This document shows, piece by piece, positions 7,887-18,554 of a stretch of 34,045 nt of DNA. The DNA is from Patescibacteria group bacterium (GTDB lineage Bacteria > Patescibacteriota > Minisyncoccia > Phycocordibacterales > VMEP01). Positions within the stretch are counted from its first letter, which is position 1; each line of letters opens with the position of its first letter. Where the stretch lies: contig JBBTTL010000035.1 of the NCBI GenBank assembly GCA_038064275.1, positions 13,793 to 47,837 on the forward strand, written 5' to 3'. The notes under the pieces are model-generated. The model had not been told where the DNA came from. It did not search any database and worked only from the letters and a program-made list of their open reading frames with translations. The position numbers were made by a program, and so were the translations under genes.

Positions 7887-8012
7887 ATCCCGTTAGAGGC
7901 CGCGGTCACGGTTTAAGACGGAGCTTAAGGCAATATTAAACACGTTCATATTATTATTCACGACAATAATTACGCAGAGCGCGGACTGACAGCGACCTGC
8001 TTCTAACGGGAT
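7887..8012. repeat. TCCCRTTAGAA / TTCTAACGGGA inverted-repeat pair, copy 1 (arms 7887-7899 and 8000-8012)
   Basis: ATCCCGTTAGAGG and CTTCTAACGGGAT give 13 potential pairs with one G-U on the plus-strand RNA. The right arm includes the A and T of the rpoB ATG. Confidence 0.7.
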
Positions 8013-11000
8013 GAAACGACAAAAAAAGTATTTTGCTAAATTTAAGGAACCATTAGTTGAATTGCCGAATTTGGTTGAAACGCAAGTCAATTCATACAAG
8101 TGGCTGGTTCTAACCGGCTTGGCGGAAGTATTTAAGGAATTTTCTCCAATCAGGGATTATTCCGAGAAAAAGTTTGACCTTGAGTTTACGTCATTTGAAC
8201 TCTCAGCGCCCAAGCATGACGAATACTTTGCCAAACAAAACAAACTCTCTTACGAAGCGCCCCTTCGGGCCCGGGTGAAGCTCACAAATAAAACCCAAAA
8301 CTCTTCCAAAGAGCAGGAGATATTTATGGCGGATTTCCCTCTGATGACAACGCACGGAACTTTCATCATCAACGGCGTTGAGAGAGTCATAGTGCCACAG
8401 TTGGCGCGTTCCTTCGGCGTTTTTTTCAACTCTCAGGAAATAAAAGGCAAAAAATATTTTGGGGCCAAAGTGATTCCAGGACGCGGGGCCTGGCTTGAGA
8501 TTGAAACCGACGCTGAAAATATTATCTACGTGCGCATAGACAGAAAACGCAAATTTCCGGCAACCTCACTCCTGCGGGTTTTTGGCCTGGCTACCGATAA
8601 GGAGATGTTGAAACAGTTCCACGATGAAGCGGCGCGTAAAAGTATCGCCCTTTCCCTTGAAAAAGACCCCGCCAAAACCTCAAGTGACGCTTATGTTGAA
8701 ATCTACAAGCGCTTGCGCGATGGGGATTTAGCAACCGCCGAGAATGCCAAGCAATTCATTGACGGAATTTTCAGCCCCGAGCGCTATGACCTTTCACCGG
8801 TCGGGCGTTTTCGCTTCAACCAGCGCTTCGGCAAGCCCATGGATGGCAAAGAGGCTAATCGCCGGACGCTTTCAAAAGAGGATTTAGCAATAATTGTCAG
8901 TCATATAATCACGCTCAATAATACCCACGGGTCAATTGAGGACGACATAGACCACCTTGGGTCGCGGAGGGTACGCTATGTCGGAGAGATGCTTCAGCAG
9001 AAAATACGCATGGGAATGTCACAAATGAAACGAAACATTCAAGACAGAATGTCCACGGTGGACGTGGAGACAACTCTTCCTATTCAAATAGTTAACCAAA
9101 GACCTCTGCAGGCCCGCATCAAAGAATTTTTCACCACCAATCAGCTTTCGCAGTTTATGAGCCAGGAAAATATGCTCTCGGAAGTTGAACACCTGCGCAC
9201 CCTCTCGGCCCTAGGCCCCGGAGGGTTGACCCGCGAGCGCGCCGGTTTTGAAGTTCGTGATGTGCACACCTCGCACTACGGCAGAGTTTGTCCCATTCAC
9301 ACGCCCGAAGGCCAGAACATCGGTCTTATTCTTCACCTTTCAACTTATGCCCGCGTGAACGAATTCGGGGTGATTGAAACACCGTATGTCAAAGTTGAAA
9401 ACGGAAAGGTAACAAAAGAAATAGTTTATCTGAACGCCCTTGAGGAAGAGAAATTCAATATCGCCCATGCCGGCACTCCCTATGACGAGAAAGGAAATAT
9501 TTTGGAAGAGCGCGCGGAAGCGCGTGTGGCCACCAAACCCGGCCTTATCAGTAAAAAACAGATTAATTATATAGACGTTTCCACCAATCAGGCATTCTCG
9601 CTCGCCACATCAATGATTCCGTTTCTGGAACACGATGACGCCAACCGCGCACTGATGGGTTCAAATATGCAGAAACAAGCCACCCCGTGCATTATTCCGG
9701 AGGCCCCGCTTGTGGCCACGGGAATTGAAGAGTTTATTTCGCGCGACACCGGCCGATTGGTCATAGCCCAAAAAGCGGGAGTTGTTTCCTTTGTCAGCGC
9801 CAATAAAATTAAAATAAAAGAGGATGATGGAAAAGAACGGGAATATGTTTTAATAAATTTCGCCCGCACGAACAGTTTCAACGTATTTCACCAGCGCCCA
9901 GTTATTAATATTGGCGACAAAGTGAAAAAAGGCCAGATTATAGCAGACAATTCATCGTCCGCCGGCGGGCAGATAGCTCTCGGGCAGAACGTGCTGGTTG
10001 CTTTTATGGCATGGAACGGCGCGAACTATGAAGACGCCATTATTCTTTCGGAACGGTTGGTTAAAAACTCAAAATTCACTTCTATCCATCTTGAAGAATT
10101 TATTGTTAATGTTCGTGATACCAAGCTCGGTCCGGAAATCACCACATGCGATATTCCTAACGTCGGTGAAGCCAAGCTAAAAAATCTTGACCCTGACGGA
10201 ATTGTGCGAATCGGCGCCGAAGTTAGGCCCAACGATATTTTGGTCGGAAAAATTACGCCGAAAGGCGAATCGGAACTCACTCCGGAAGAGCGGTTACTCC
10301 GTTCTATATTCGGCGAGAAAGCCCGCGACGTTAAAGACACCTCTCTTCGCATGGAGCACGGCAAGCGCGGACGCATCGTGGGAATTAAAATTTTCTCTCG
10401 CGACCGCGGAGACTCGCTTGATTCCGGGATTATAAAGCGAATCCATATTGAAGTGGCCCAACTGCGGAATATTTCCGTCGGTGATAAATTGGCCGGCCGC
10501 CACGGAAACAAAGGCGTTATCTCAATGATTCTTCCCGAGGAAGATATGCCCTATATGGCTGACGGAACCCCGGTTGACGTGATTCTTACTCCGCTTGGAG
10601 TGCCGTCGCGCATGAACTTGGGGCAGATACTTGAAATGCACTTGGGCCTGGCCGCGCATACCCTTAACTATCAGGCCATCGTGCCTCCGTTTTTGGGCGC
10701 TACGGATACTGAAATAAAAGAGGAATTAAAAAAAGCCGGTTTTTCGGAAGACGGCAAAGTTAAACTTTACGACGGTCTCACCGGTAATGCTTTTGGACAG
10801 AATATCGCCATTGGATATATGTACATTATGAAACTGCATCACATGGTTGAAGACAAAATTCACATGCGCTCCATCGGTCCGTATTCGCTCATTACTCAAC
10901 AGCCGCTTGGGGGCAAGGCCCAAGGCGGGGGGCAACGGTTTGGCGAAATGGAAGTTTGGGCCCTTGAAGGTTACGGTGCGGCTTATACATTACGCGAGAT

Positions 11001-11172
11001 GCTCACAATAAAGTCAGACGATATTGCCGGTCGGTCGCAGGCTTTTGATTCTATAATTAAGGGCGAAGAAATTAAGACACCGAATGTTCCGGCGGCCTTT
11101 TCTGTAATGTTAAATACTCTCCGCGGGCTTGCCCTTGATGTGGAGCTAAGGAAGCGCAAAGCAAAAAGCTAA
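8011..11172 (+). CDS. rpoB: DNA-directed RNA polymerase subunit beta
   Basis: 1053 aa. Conserved blocks FMSQENMLSEVEHLRTLSALGPGGLTRERAGFEVRDVH, NMQKQATP, GDKLAGRHGNKGV, GGQRFGEMEVWALEGYGAAY. Confidence 0.98.
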   Translation: MKRQKKYFAKFKEPLVELPNLVETQVNSYKWLVLTGLAEVFKEFSPIRDYSEKKFDLEFTSFELSAPKHDEYFAKQNKLSYEAPLRARVKLTNKTQNSSKEQEIFMADFPLMTTHGTFIINGVERVIVPQLARSFGVFFNSQEIKGKKYFGAKVIPGRGAWLEIETDAENIIYVRIDRKRKFPATSLLRVFGLATDKEMLKQFHDEAARKSIALSLEKDPAKTSSDAYVEIYKRLRDGDLATAENAKQFIDGIFSPERYDLSPVGRFRFNQRFGKPMDGKEANRRTLSKEDLAIIVSHIITLNNTHGSIEDDIDHLGSRRVRYVGEMLQQKIRMGMSQMKRNIQDRMSTVDVETTLPIQIVNQRPLQARIKEFFTTNQLSQFMSQENMLSEVEHLRTLSALGPGGLTRERAGFEVRDVHTSHYGRVCPIHTPEGQNIGLILHLSTYARVNEFGVIETPYVKVENGKVTKEIVYLNALEEEKFNIAHAGTPYDEKGNILEERAEARVATKPGLISKKQINYIDVSTNQAFSLATSMIPFLEHDDANRALMGSNMQKQATPCIIPEAPLVATGIEEFISRDTGRLVIAQKAGVVSFVSANKIKIKEDDGKEREYVLINFARTNSFNVFHQRPVINIGDKVKKGQIIADNSSSAGGQIALGQNVLVAFMAWNGANYEDAIILSERLVKNSKFTSIHLEEFIVNVRDTKLGPEITTCDIPNVGEAKLKNLDPDGIVRIGAEVRPNDILVGKITPKGESELTPEERLLRSIFGEKARDVKDTSLRMEHGKRGRIVGIKIFSRDRGDSLDSGIIKRIHIEVAQLRNISVGDKLAGRHGNKGVISMILPEEDMPYMADGTPVDVILTPLGVPSRMNLGQILEMHLGLAAHTLNYQAIVPPFLGATDTEIKEELKKAGFSEDGKVKLYDGLTGNAFGQNIAIGYMYIMKLHHMVEDKIHMRSIGPYSLITQQPLGGKAQGGGQRFGEMEVWALEGYGAAYTLREMLTIKSDDIAGRSQAFDSIIKGEEIKTPNVPAAFSVMLNTLRGLALDVELRKRKAKS

Positions 11173-11220
11173 AAGCGCAAAAGCATTTTATTCTTTTCTT
11201 TTACTTTTCACTTTTAACTT

Positions 11221-14200
11221 ATGAAAACTATTGATACGCACGATTTTGACGAATTAGTTCTGCGAGTGGCATCTCCGGAGCGTATTCGCGAGTGGTCTTA
11301 TGGAGAAGTAACCAAGCCTGAAACCATAAATTACCGCACCGGACGCAGCGAACGCGGCGGTCTTTTTGACGAACGGATTTTCGGTCCGGAAAAAGATTAC
11401 GAGTGTTATTGCGGCAAATATCGTCGAATACGCTACAAGGATATTATTTGCGAAAAATGCGGAGTTGAGGTGACTCGCTCCATTGTTCGCCGCGAGCGAA
11501 TGGGGCATATTGACCTTGCCTCTCCTGTGGCGCACATTTGGTTTCTTCGCGGAGTGCCGTCGCGGATAGGGCTTATTCTTGGCACACCGGTCTCCGATAT
11601 TGAAAAAGTTATTTACTTCGCTGGATATATAATCACCAAAGTTAATGGAGCCGAAAGAGAAAAAGTCATAAAAAATATTGAAGCCGAATATAAATCAAAG
11701 ATAAAAAGCATTGCTGACGAGAAGGGAAGAGAGAAGCTGAAAGAATTGCTTGTTGCCGCCAAAAAAGAAATTGCCGACATACAAGAAGGAAAAGTGCTTG
11801 ATGAAATCACGTATCATCGTTTTTCCGTCAAATACAGCGTGGTTTTTGAAGCCGCTATCGGCGCGGAAGCTATCTACAACATTTTTAAATCTATTGATCT
11901 TGCCAAACTGAAAGACAAACTTGAAGCCTCTCTGGAGAAAGCAGGCTCGCTTGAGAAAGAAAAACTGGAGAAACGCATTGGGCTGGTGAAATCTCTCTCG
12001 AATGCCAAACTTCGCCCCGAATGGATGTTTCTTCACACTATTCCGATAATTCCGCCGGGCCTGCGCCCCATGGTGGCACTTGAAGGCGGCCGCCACGCAA
12101 CCTCGGATGTAAATGATCTCTACCGCCGGGTCATCAACCGGAACAATCGTTTGAAAAAATTACTTGAAATCGGCGCGCCCGAAGTTATTCTTCGCAACGA
12201 AAAGAGAATTTTACAAGAAGCCGTTGATTCTCTGATAGATAATTCTATCAGGCGACAATCTGATTCGGTGTCAATGAGCCAGGCCCAGAAACGCCAGCTG
12301 AAATCTCTTTCTGATAATTTGAAAAGCAAACAAGGCCTTTTCCGCCAGAACCTTTTGGGTAAGCGCGTTGACTATTCCGGACGCTCGGTTATTGTGGTCG
12401 GCCCGACCCTCAATCTTTCCGAGTGTGGCTTGCCGAAGCACATGGCCCTTGAGCTTTTCCGCCCGTTCGTGATTTCTAAAATTTTGGAACAAGAGCTTGC
12501 CTATAACATCCGCGGGGCTGGGAAACTGGTGGACGAAGGCACGCCCGAAGTCTGGGCCATTTTAGAAGACGTTATAAAAGATAAATACGTGCTTTTGAAC
12601 CGGGCCCCGACCCTTCATCGTCTGGGCATACAGGCCTTTATGCCGGTTTTGATTGAAGGAAACGCCATTCAAGTACATCCGCTTGTTTGCTCGGCCTTCA
12701 ACGCCGACTTTGACGGCGACCAAATGGCGGTTCACGTTCCGCTTTCAAGCGAAGCGCAGACTGAAGCTCGCGAGTTGATGGCCGCCAACAAAAACCTCCT
12801 AAAGCCCGGTAACGGCGAGCCTATTGTGAATCCCAAGCTTGATATCGTCCTCGGCTGTTATTGGATGACAAAAATTGTGGATGGCGATATCGGTGAGGGG
12901 AAAATTTTCTCAAGCCCGAACAGCGCCATCACCGCTTATGATTTCGGCATCGTCGGATTTAGGGCCAAAATAAAAGTGATGGCTTCCGATAAGGAAAGAT
13001 ATAAAAAATTTGACGGTAAAATTTTTGAAACATCCGTGGGGAGACTCTTGTTCAACAGCATATTGCCGGACGACCTCTCTTACATCAATGAAGAAATGAA
13101 TGTCAAAAAACTGGCTAACTTGGTGGATGATTTGATTATGCATTACGGCATTGATGCCACGCCGCCGATATTGGATAAAATAAAAGACTTTGGCTATCGC
13201 TACGTGACAGTTTCGGGCGTAACTTGGGGCATAGACGACGTGAAGGTCAGTCCAAAGAAAAAAGACATCGTCGAGCGTGGAAAAAGACAGGCCGAAGAGG
13301 TAAAAGAGCAATGGGGCGAGGGACTGCTTTCGGAGGATGAACGCTTTAGAAAAACCATTGAAATTTGGCAGGGCGTCAAAAACGAGATTGAAAAAATTGT
13401 TCCCGAAACGCTTGATAAAAACGGTTCGGTATATGACATGGTCAACTCTGGGGCCAGAGGTTCTATCACCCAAGTCGGACAAATGTCTGGCATGAAGGGA
13501 CTTATCATCAACACTGCCGGCCGCACCATAGACTTTCCGGTGGTTCCTTCTTATAAGGAAGGACTTTCTCCGCTTGAGTATTTCATAACCACCCACGGCG
13601 CCAGAAAAGGCATGGCTGATACCGCGTTAAATACCGCCAAGGCCGGATATCTGACCCGCCGCCTAGTGGACGTTGCTCAGGACGCGCTTATTACTAAAGA
13701 GGATTGCGGCACCAAAGAGGGCATAAAAGTGAAAAAAGAAAGCGTTTCGGGAATTTCGGTGCCAATCTCAAAGAACATAAAAGGGAGAGTATTGGCCGAG
13801 GGAGTGAAAGACGAAGAAGGGGGTATTCTCTACAAACGCGGGCGCCTGATTACCAAAGACGATGCCATTAAAATTGAGAATGCCGGCGTACAGGAGGTGT
13901 TTGTCCGCTCGGCCCTAACCTGTAAAACCGCATACGGCATTTGCAGGCTTTGTTACGGACTTGATCTCGGACGCAATAAACTTGTGGCTCTCGGCGAAGC
14001 GGTCGGAATCATTGCCGCGCAGGCTATCGGCGAGCCGGGCACGCAATTGACCATGCGCACCTTCCACGCCGGCGGAGTGGCCGGAATTGACATCACCATG
14101 GGACTGCCGAGGGTGGAGGAAATTTTCGAAAAGAGAGCGCCGAAAAATCCGGCCATTGTGGCCCACTCAAGCGGAGTGGTATCCGAAGTAAAAGATTCGG

Positions 14201-14835
14201 GCAAAGAAAAAATAATTAAAATATTGGAAGACGCGGGGGAGGGCAAGAAGGTCGGGAAAGAAGTGGAATATATAGCCCTCTTCCGCCGTCAGCCGCTTGT
14301 TAAAATCGGAGACAGGGTCGCCCGCGGGGACCTCTTGACCGACGGCTCGGCTGAAATCGGCGAAATATTCAAATACGCGGGGAAAGAAGCAGCGGAGGAA
14401 TACATCATTAAAGAAGTGAACCGCGTTTATGAATTAAACGGCGCTTCAATTTCCAGAAAGCACATTGAAGTCATAGTCCGACAGATGTTTTCGCGCAAGA
14501 AAATCAGGCAGGCCGGAGATACGAGGTTTGTTAACGGCGAAGTGGTAGAGAATGTGGAATATGTCCTAGAGAATGAGCGGGTCAAAGAAAATGGCGGCGA
14601 GAAGGCGGTTGGAGAAACACTAATTTACGGCATTTCCGAAGTTTCGCTTTCCACCAAAAGCTGGCTTTCGGCGGCGTCATTCCAAAATACAACCCGCGTT
14701 CTTATTGCAAACGCCGTAAAGGGCGGAGTGGATTCAATTCGCGGGCTTAAAGAGAACGTCATTATCGGGCACTTGATTCCGGCCGGAACCGGGGTGCGCC
14801 ATAAAAATAAAGAGGAGAACGAGGAAGAGGAGTAA
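11221..14835 (+). CDS. rpoC: DNA-directed RNA polymerase subunit beta'
   Basis: 1204 aa. Zn-finger CYCGKY...CEKCGVEV, catalytic NADFDGDQM, and trigger-loop/bridge-helix blocks. Confidence 0.98.
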   Translation: MKTIDTHDFDELVLRVASPERIREWSYGEVTKPETINYRTGRSERGGLFDERIFGPEKDYECYCGKYRRIRYKDIICEKCGVEVTRSIVRRERMGHIDLASPVAHIWFLRGVPSRIGLILGTPVSDIEKVIYFAGYIITKVNGAEREKVIKNIEAEYKSKIKSIADEKGREKLKELLVAAKKEIADIQEGKVLDEITYHRFSVKYSVVFEAAIGAEAIYNIFKSIDLAKLKDKLEASLEKAGSLEKEKLEKRIGLVKSLSNAKLRPEWMFLHTIPIIPPGLRPMVALEGGRHATSDVNDLYRRVINRNNRLKKLLEIGAPEVILRNEKRILQEAVDSLIDNSIRRQSDSVSMSQAQKRQLKSLSDNLKSKQGLFRQNLLGKRVDYSGRSVIVVGPTLNLSECGLPKHMALELFRPFVISKILEQELAYNIRGAGKLVDEGTPEVWAILEDVIKDKYVLLNRAPTLHRLGIQAFMPVLIEGNAIQVHPLVCSAFNADFDGDQMAVHVPLSSEAQTEARELMAANKNLLKPGNGEPIVNPKLDIVLGCYWMTKIVDGDIGEGKIFSSPNSAITAYDFGIVGFRAKIKVMASDKERYKKFDGKIFETSVGRLLFNSILPDDLSYINEEMNVKKLANLVDDLIMHYGIDATPPILDKIKDFGYRYVTVSGVTWGIDDVKVSPKKKDIVERGKRQAEEVKEQWGEGLLSEDERFRKTIEIWQGVKNEIEKIVPETLDKNGSVYDMVNSGARGSITQVGQMSGMKGLIINTAGRTIDFPVVPSYKEGLSPLEYFITTHGARKGMADTALNTAKAGYLTRRLVDVAQDALITKEDCGTKEGIKVKKESVSGISVPISKNIKGRVLAEGVKDEEGGILYKRGRLITKDDAIKIENAGVQEVFVRSALTCKTAYGICRLCYGLDLGRNKLVALGEAVGIIAAQAIGEPGTQLTMRTFHAGGVAGIDITMGLPRVEEIFEKRAPKNPAIVAHSSGVVSEVKDSGKEKIIKILEDAGEGKKVGKEVEYIALFRRQPLVKIGDRVARGDLLTDGSAEIGEIFKYAGKEAAEEYIIKEVNRVYELNGASISRKHIEVIVRQMFSRKKIRQAGDTRFVNGEVVENVEYVLENERVKENGGEKAVGETLIYGISEVSLSTKSWLSAASFQNTTRVLIANAVKGGVDSIRGLKENVIIGHLIPAGTGVRHKNKEENEEEE

Positions 14836-14868
14836 TGGGTAGTATTAAATAGTAAGTATAAAATAAAG
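14836..14868. repeat. AT-rich intergenic module, stop-proximal arm (TGGGTAGTATTAAATAGTAAGTATAAAATAAAG)
   Basis: Starts immediately after the rpoC TAA. Same GGGTAGTATTAA opening as 6488. Confidence 0.7.
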
Positions 14869-14875
14869 ACGCATA

Positions 14876-14925
14876 TTAAGTTACTTCATGAATACTTAAT
14901 ACTTAATACTTTATACTTAATACTA
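14876..14925. repeat. AT-rich intergenic module, start-proximal arm (tandem TACTTAATAC words)
   Basis: GAATACTTAATACTTAATACTTTATACTTAATACTAA, inverted relative to 14836-14868. Ends 8 nt before the dnaG ATG. Confidence 0.7.
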
Positions 14926-14932
14926 ATTTAAG

Positions 14933-16642
14933 ATGTCTTCATCAACAGAAGAAATCAAGGAAAGGTTGCCGATAACGGACGTGGTTTCTTCGTATATAAA
15001 GTTGGAGCGGGCGGGGGCAAACCTTAAGGCCCGCTGCCCGTTCCATAACGAGAAAACCCCTTCTTTTATCGTCTCGCCCTCCCGTAATACTTACCACTGT
15101 TTTGGTTGCAATCGCGGAGGGGATATTTTTTCTTTTGTGGAAGAAATAGAAGGGGTGGACTTCAAACGCGCCTTAGAAATTCTGGCCGACCGGGCCGGGG
15201 TCGTTTTAGAACGCGCTCGCCCAGAATTAAAAAGCGCGGAGCAGAGAGCGTACGGCGTTCTGGAAGAGGCCACTTTATTTTTCCAATCTAATCTCAACAA
15301 GAACAAAGAAGCCCTGGACTATATCAAGAGCCGCGGTCTCTCCGATGAATCAATTGAAAAGTGGAGACTGGGGTATGCCGAGAATGGGTGGCGGGGGCTG
15401 CTCTCGCACCTGAAAGAAAAAAAATATAGCGAAATTGAAACCGAGTACGCAGGACTTATTATTAAAAACGATAAAGGATATTACGACCGTTTTCGGGGGC
15501 GAATTATTTTCCCCGTTGCCAATGCTCAAGGCAAGATTGTCGGTTTCTCCGGACGCCACTTTATAAATAAAGATAGTTTGGAATCGGACACGGCCAAGTA
15601 TATTAATTCTCCCGAAACCGCGCTTTATAATAAATCTCGCGTTCTTTACGGTTTTGATAAGGCCAAACAAACGATTATGCGGGAGGACAGCGCGATTTTA
15701 GTGGAGGGACAAGTGGATTTGGTTATGTCGCATCAGGTCGGGCTTAAAAACACAGTGGCATCATCGGGTACGGCCCTTACGGAAGAGCACTTGAAAATGT
15801 TAAAACGTTTTACGGATAACATCGTGATGGCCTTTGACGGCGATGAGGCGGGACTTGCCGCCTCCGAGCGGGGGTTCAATTTAGCCCTTTCGTTTGGTAT
15901 GGATGTGCGTGTCGCCAAAATCCCGCTTAACACGGACCCCGCGGAACTTGCCGCCAAAGACCCGGATGCTTTAATCAAGGCGGTGAAGACGGCCAAACAC
16001 ATTATTGATTTTTATTTGGACTCGCTCCTTGAGCGCGGATACGATGCCCGCCGGCTGAAAACCGAAGTCGGGAAAAGAGTATTGCCGTACATCGCCATGG
16101 TTCACAATCGTATAGACCAGGCCCACTTTGTAGGCATAGTGGCAAAAGCACTTGGCCTCGGAGAAGAGCCGGTCTGGGAAGAAGTGAAAAAGATTGAAAT
16201 GAAAATTTTTGAGGTCAAGAAAGAAGAGAAATACACCGAAACGCCAGCTACCAAAAAAGAGAAAATTTGTGATAAAATAGCAGGAATTCTCTATTGGCAG
16301 GAGGAAAAAGAAACCAAAGAGAGACAGATTGATATTTCCAAAGGACGAGAACGCTTCAAGGTATTATCAGATGGTGCCCCAATAGACGAGGCAAAAAAGA
16401 AAGACCTTATTTTACAGGCAGAAGTGCATTACCAAGGGAGTGAAAATTTGGCAACAGAACTGGAAAGATTGTTTTTAAATCTTGAGCAGGAATTGCTCGA
16501 GGGAGAGCTAAAAAAGGTCATGGCAGACCTTAGATTGGCCGAGGGGGTCAAAGACGAAGAGAAAGCTAGGACGGCGCTTGAAAAATTTCACCAGATTTCA
16601 AAAAAAATAAACGAGATTAAGCAGAAATTTAAATACGCGTAA
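14933..16642 (+). CDS. dnaG: DNA primase
   Basis: 569 aa. CHC2 zinc finger [11 protein letters not shown]...[10 protein letters not shown] and a TOPRIM region ([10 protein letters not shown]...AFDGDEAG). Confidence 0.95.
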   Translation: MSSSTEEIKERLPITDVVSSYIKLERAGANLKARCPFHNEKTPSFIVSPSRNTYHCFGCNRGGDIFSFVEEIEGVDFKRALEILADRAGVVLERARPELKSAEQRAYGVLEEATLFFQSNLNKNKEALDYIKSRGLSDESIEKWRLGYAENGWRGLLSHLKEKKYSEIETEYAGLIIKNDKGYYDRFRGRIIFPVANAQGKIVGFSGRHFINKDSLESDTAKYINSPETALYNKSRVLYGFDKAKQTIMREDSAILVEGQVDLVMSHQVGLKNTVASSGTALTEEHLKMLKRFTDNIVMAFDGDEAGLAASERGFNLALSFGMDVRVAKIPLNTDPAELAAKDPDALIKAVKTAKHIIDFYLDSLLERGYDARRLKTEVGKRVLPYIAMVHNRIDQAHFVGIVAKALGLGEEPVWEEVKKIEMKIFEVKKEEKYTETPATKKEKICDKIAGILYWQEEKETKERQIDISKGRERFKVLSDGAPIDEAKKKDLILQAEVHYQGSENLATELERLFLNLEQELLEGELKKVMADLRLAEGVKDEEKARTALEKFHQISKKINEIKQKFKYA

Positions 16643-16646
16643 AAAA

Positions 16647-17861
16647 ATGAAAAATAAAAAAGTAAAAATTAAAAAAAGGGCTATGAAAAAACCGACAAAG
16701 ATTAAAAAGCGAATTTCGCTTAAAAAAAAGACATCTGCCAAAAAGGGCAGGGCCCTTACTGCCAAGAAAGAGCCCAAAGCAAAAAAACTCGGAAAGAAAG
16801 CACAGGCAAAGGAAAACGCCGCCCTGACCCTTATTAGCAAAGGAAAAAAGCGTGGATTTGTCACTTATGACGATATTTTAAAATCGTTTCCGATGATTGA
16901 AGGCGATATTTTTTTCCTGGACGCATTGTATGAGCGACTGGCGGTCGCGGGCGTGGATGTGCTTGAAGGAGGTAACTTGCTTGATTTGGATGAGACCGAA
17001 AAAACGCTTAAGGGTTATGCTAAAGAAGGTTCTTCATATGACTCCATTCAAATGTACCTGAAAGAAATCGGCAGGTACCCCTTGATTTCAGCCGCCATGG
17101 AGAAGGAATTGGCAAAGCGTATTGAAAAAGACGATATGGAGGCTGTGGATTTGCTGGCTAAAGCGAACCTTCGTTTGGTTGTTTCCATCGCTAAAAAGTA
17201 TGTTGGCAGAAGCTCTGACCTGACGCTTCTTGACCTTATTCAGGAAGGCAATCTCGGTCTTTTTAAGGCGGTGTATAAATTTGACTGGACAAAGGGATAT
17301 AAATTTTCAACTTATGCCACTTGGTGGATTAGGCAGGCTATCACTCGCGCCCTGGCCGACCAGTCGCGCACCATCCGTATTCCGGTGCACATGGTGGAAA
17401 CTATTGCCAAGTACAAACAAGTGGTCAGGCGCCTTAGCCAGGATTTGGGACGTGACCCATTACCCGAAGAAATCGCCACCGAGATGGGCGTGGAGGTGGG
17501 CAAAGTTCATATTATTGAGAATATCAACCAAGACACGGTTTCGCTTGAAAAACCCATTGGAGACGATGACGAGAAGTCAACACTCGGCGAATTTATAGCC
17601 GACGACAAAATTCTCTCGCCGGACCAAGACTCCGCTCATCGCATTTTGAAAGACCAGATCGGAGAAATTTTAAACGACCTCTCGCCCAAAGAGCGGAAGA
17701 TTTTGGAAATGCGCCACGGTCTGGTGGACGGCATTATGCACACACTTGAAGAAGTGGGGCAGGAGTTCGGCGTAACCCGCGAACGCATCCGCCAGATAGA
17801 GGCCAAAGTTCACGAAAAAATCCGCCAGCATGAGAAGGTGGAAAGACTCCGCAACTATTAA
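16647..17861 (+). CDS. rpoD: Primary RNA polymerase sigma factor (sigma-70) with Lys-rich N-terminal tail
   Basis: 404 aa. Region 2 [38 protein letters not shown], region 4 [20 protein letters not shown]. 4 nt after dnaG. Confidence 0.95.
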   Translation: MKNKKVKIKKRAMKKPTKIKKRISLKKKTSAKKGRALTAKKEPKAKKLGKKAQAKENAALTLISKGKKRGFVTYDDILKSFPMIEGDIFFLDALYERLAVAGVDVLEGGNLLDLDETEKTLKGYAKEGSSYDSIQMYLKEIGRYPLISAAMEKELAKRIEKDDMEAVDLLAKANLRLVVSIAKKYVGRSSDLTLLDLIQEGNLGLFKAVYKFDWTKGYKFSTYATWWIRQAITRALADQSRTIRIPVHMVETIAKYKQVVRRLSQDLGRDPLPEEIATEMGVEVGKVHIIENINQDTVSLEKPIGDDDEKSTLGEFIADDKILSPDQDSAHRILKDQIGEILNDLSPKERKILEMRHGLVDGIMHTLEEVGQEFGVTRERIRQIEAKVHEKIRQHEKVERLRNY

Positions 17862-17870
17862 CCGACAATT

Positions 17871-17944
17871 TACCCGCCCAAGTTTTGACTTGCCTGCCTG
17901 AATTTCAGAGAAATTTTGGCAGGTAGACAAAATTTTGGCGGGTA
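17871..17944. repeat. Long imperfect nested palindrome after rpoD (terminator-like)
   Basis: TACCCGCC...TTGCCTGCC...GGCAGGTA...GGCGGGTA. Roughly three quarters of arm positions are complementary. No clear T-run. Confidence 0.5.
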
Positions 17945-17964
17945 AACAACTTACAACCTAAACT

Positions 17965-17982
17965 ATTACGATATATCGTAAT
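17965..17982. promoter_or_regulatory. 18-nt perfect palindrome ATTACGATA-TATCGTAAT upstream of bcp-suf (candidate operator)
   Basis: Read directly. Lies about 80 nt upstream of the bcp ATG. Confidence 0.35.
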
Positions 17983-17990
17983 AAATATCC

Positions 17991-18018
17991 ATTCTCTAAT
18001 TCGCGCGAATTAGAGAAT
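17991..18018. repeat. 28-nt perfect palindrome ATTCTCTAATTCGC-GCGAATTAGAGAAT (CTAATT palindrome family)
   Basis: Read directly. Ends 16 nt upstream of a TATAAT box (18035-18040), so it occupies the -35 position of a putative bcp promoter. Confidence 0.75.
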
Positions 18019-18060
18019 AGTTGAAGAGATGGGTTATAATTAAAATGTTAAAAACTTTTC

Positions 18061-18546
18061 ATGCTTAAAATCGGACAAAAAGCGCCGGAATTTACGCTTC
18101 CGGACCAGGACGGCAAATTGCACAGCTTGGCCGACTATAAAGGGAAGCGGGTGCTTTTGTATTTTTATCCCAAGGATGATACACCGGGGTGTACTACAGA
18201 GGCATGCGCCATCCGCGACACTTTCGGAGATTTTCAAAAGATGGGGCTTGTGGTGCTCGGTGTTTCGGGAGACGACGTGAAAAGCCATAAAAAATTCGCC
18301 GAAAAATATAAATTGCCGTTTCCTCTCCTTGCCGACATGGAAAAGAAAGTTCTTAAGGCCTACGGAGCCTGGGGTAAAAAGAAATTTATGCCTGCCCGCC
18401 GAAGCGCAGGCGGTGGCGGGGGCAAAGAACATGAGGGTATCCTCCGTACCTCGTTTTTGATAGGGGAGGACGGCAAAATTTTGAAAGTGTATGAGAACGT
18501 GAAGCCGCCCGAACACGCGGCCGAAGTGCTCGCAGGCGCCAAATAA
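18061..18546 (+). CDS. bcp: Thiol peroxidase / peroxiredoxin, Bcp type
   Basis: 161 aa. KAPEFTLPDQDG...YFYPKDDTPGCTTEAC matches the Bcp active-site block. Contains a 10-aa Gly/Arg insertion (see findings). Confidence 0.9.
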   Translation: MLKIGQKAPEFTLPDQDGKLHSLADYKGKRVLLYFYPKDDTPGCTTEACAIRDTFGDFQKMGLVVLGVSGDDVKSHKKFAEKYKLPFPLLADMEKKVLKAYGAWGKKKFMPARRSAGGGGGKEHEGILRTSFLIGEDGKILKVYENVKPPEHAAEVLAGAK

Positions 18547-18554
18547 AAAAAAGA

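Noticed and set aside
12910-13596. 228-aa ORF antisense to rpoC. Similar long antisense ORFs lie at 10026-10511 (rpoB), 6770-7243 (trmD), 18040-18594 (bcp), 30546-31076 (nrdG/nrdD), 4217-4660 (rnr), 5535-5954 (rpsP), 11695-12096 and 2371-2724.
   Set aside because: All lie entirely inside strongly supported conserved genes on the opposite strand. Their composition is low-complexity or Ser/Arg/Phe-rich and typical of shadow frames, with no recognisable motifs.
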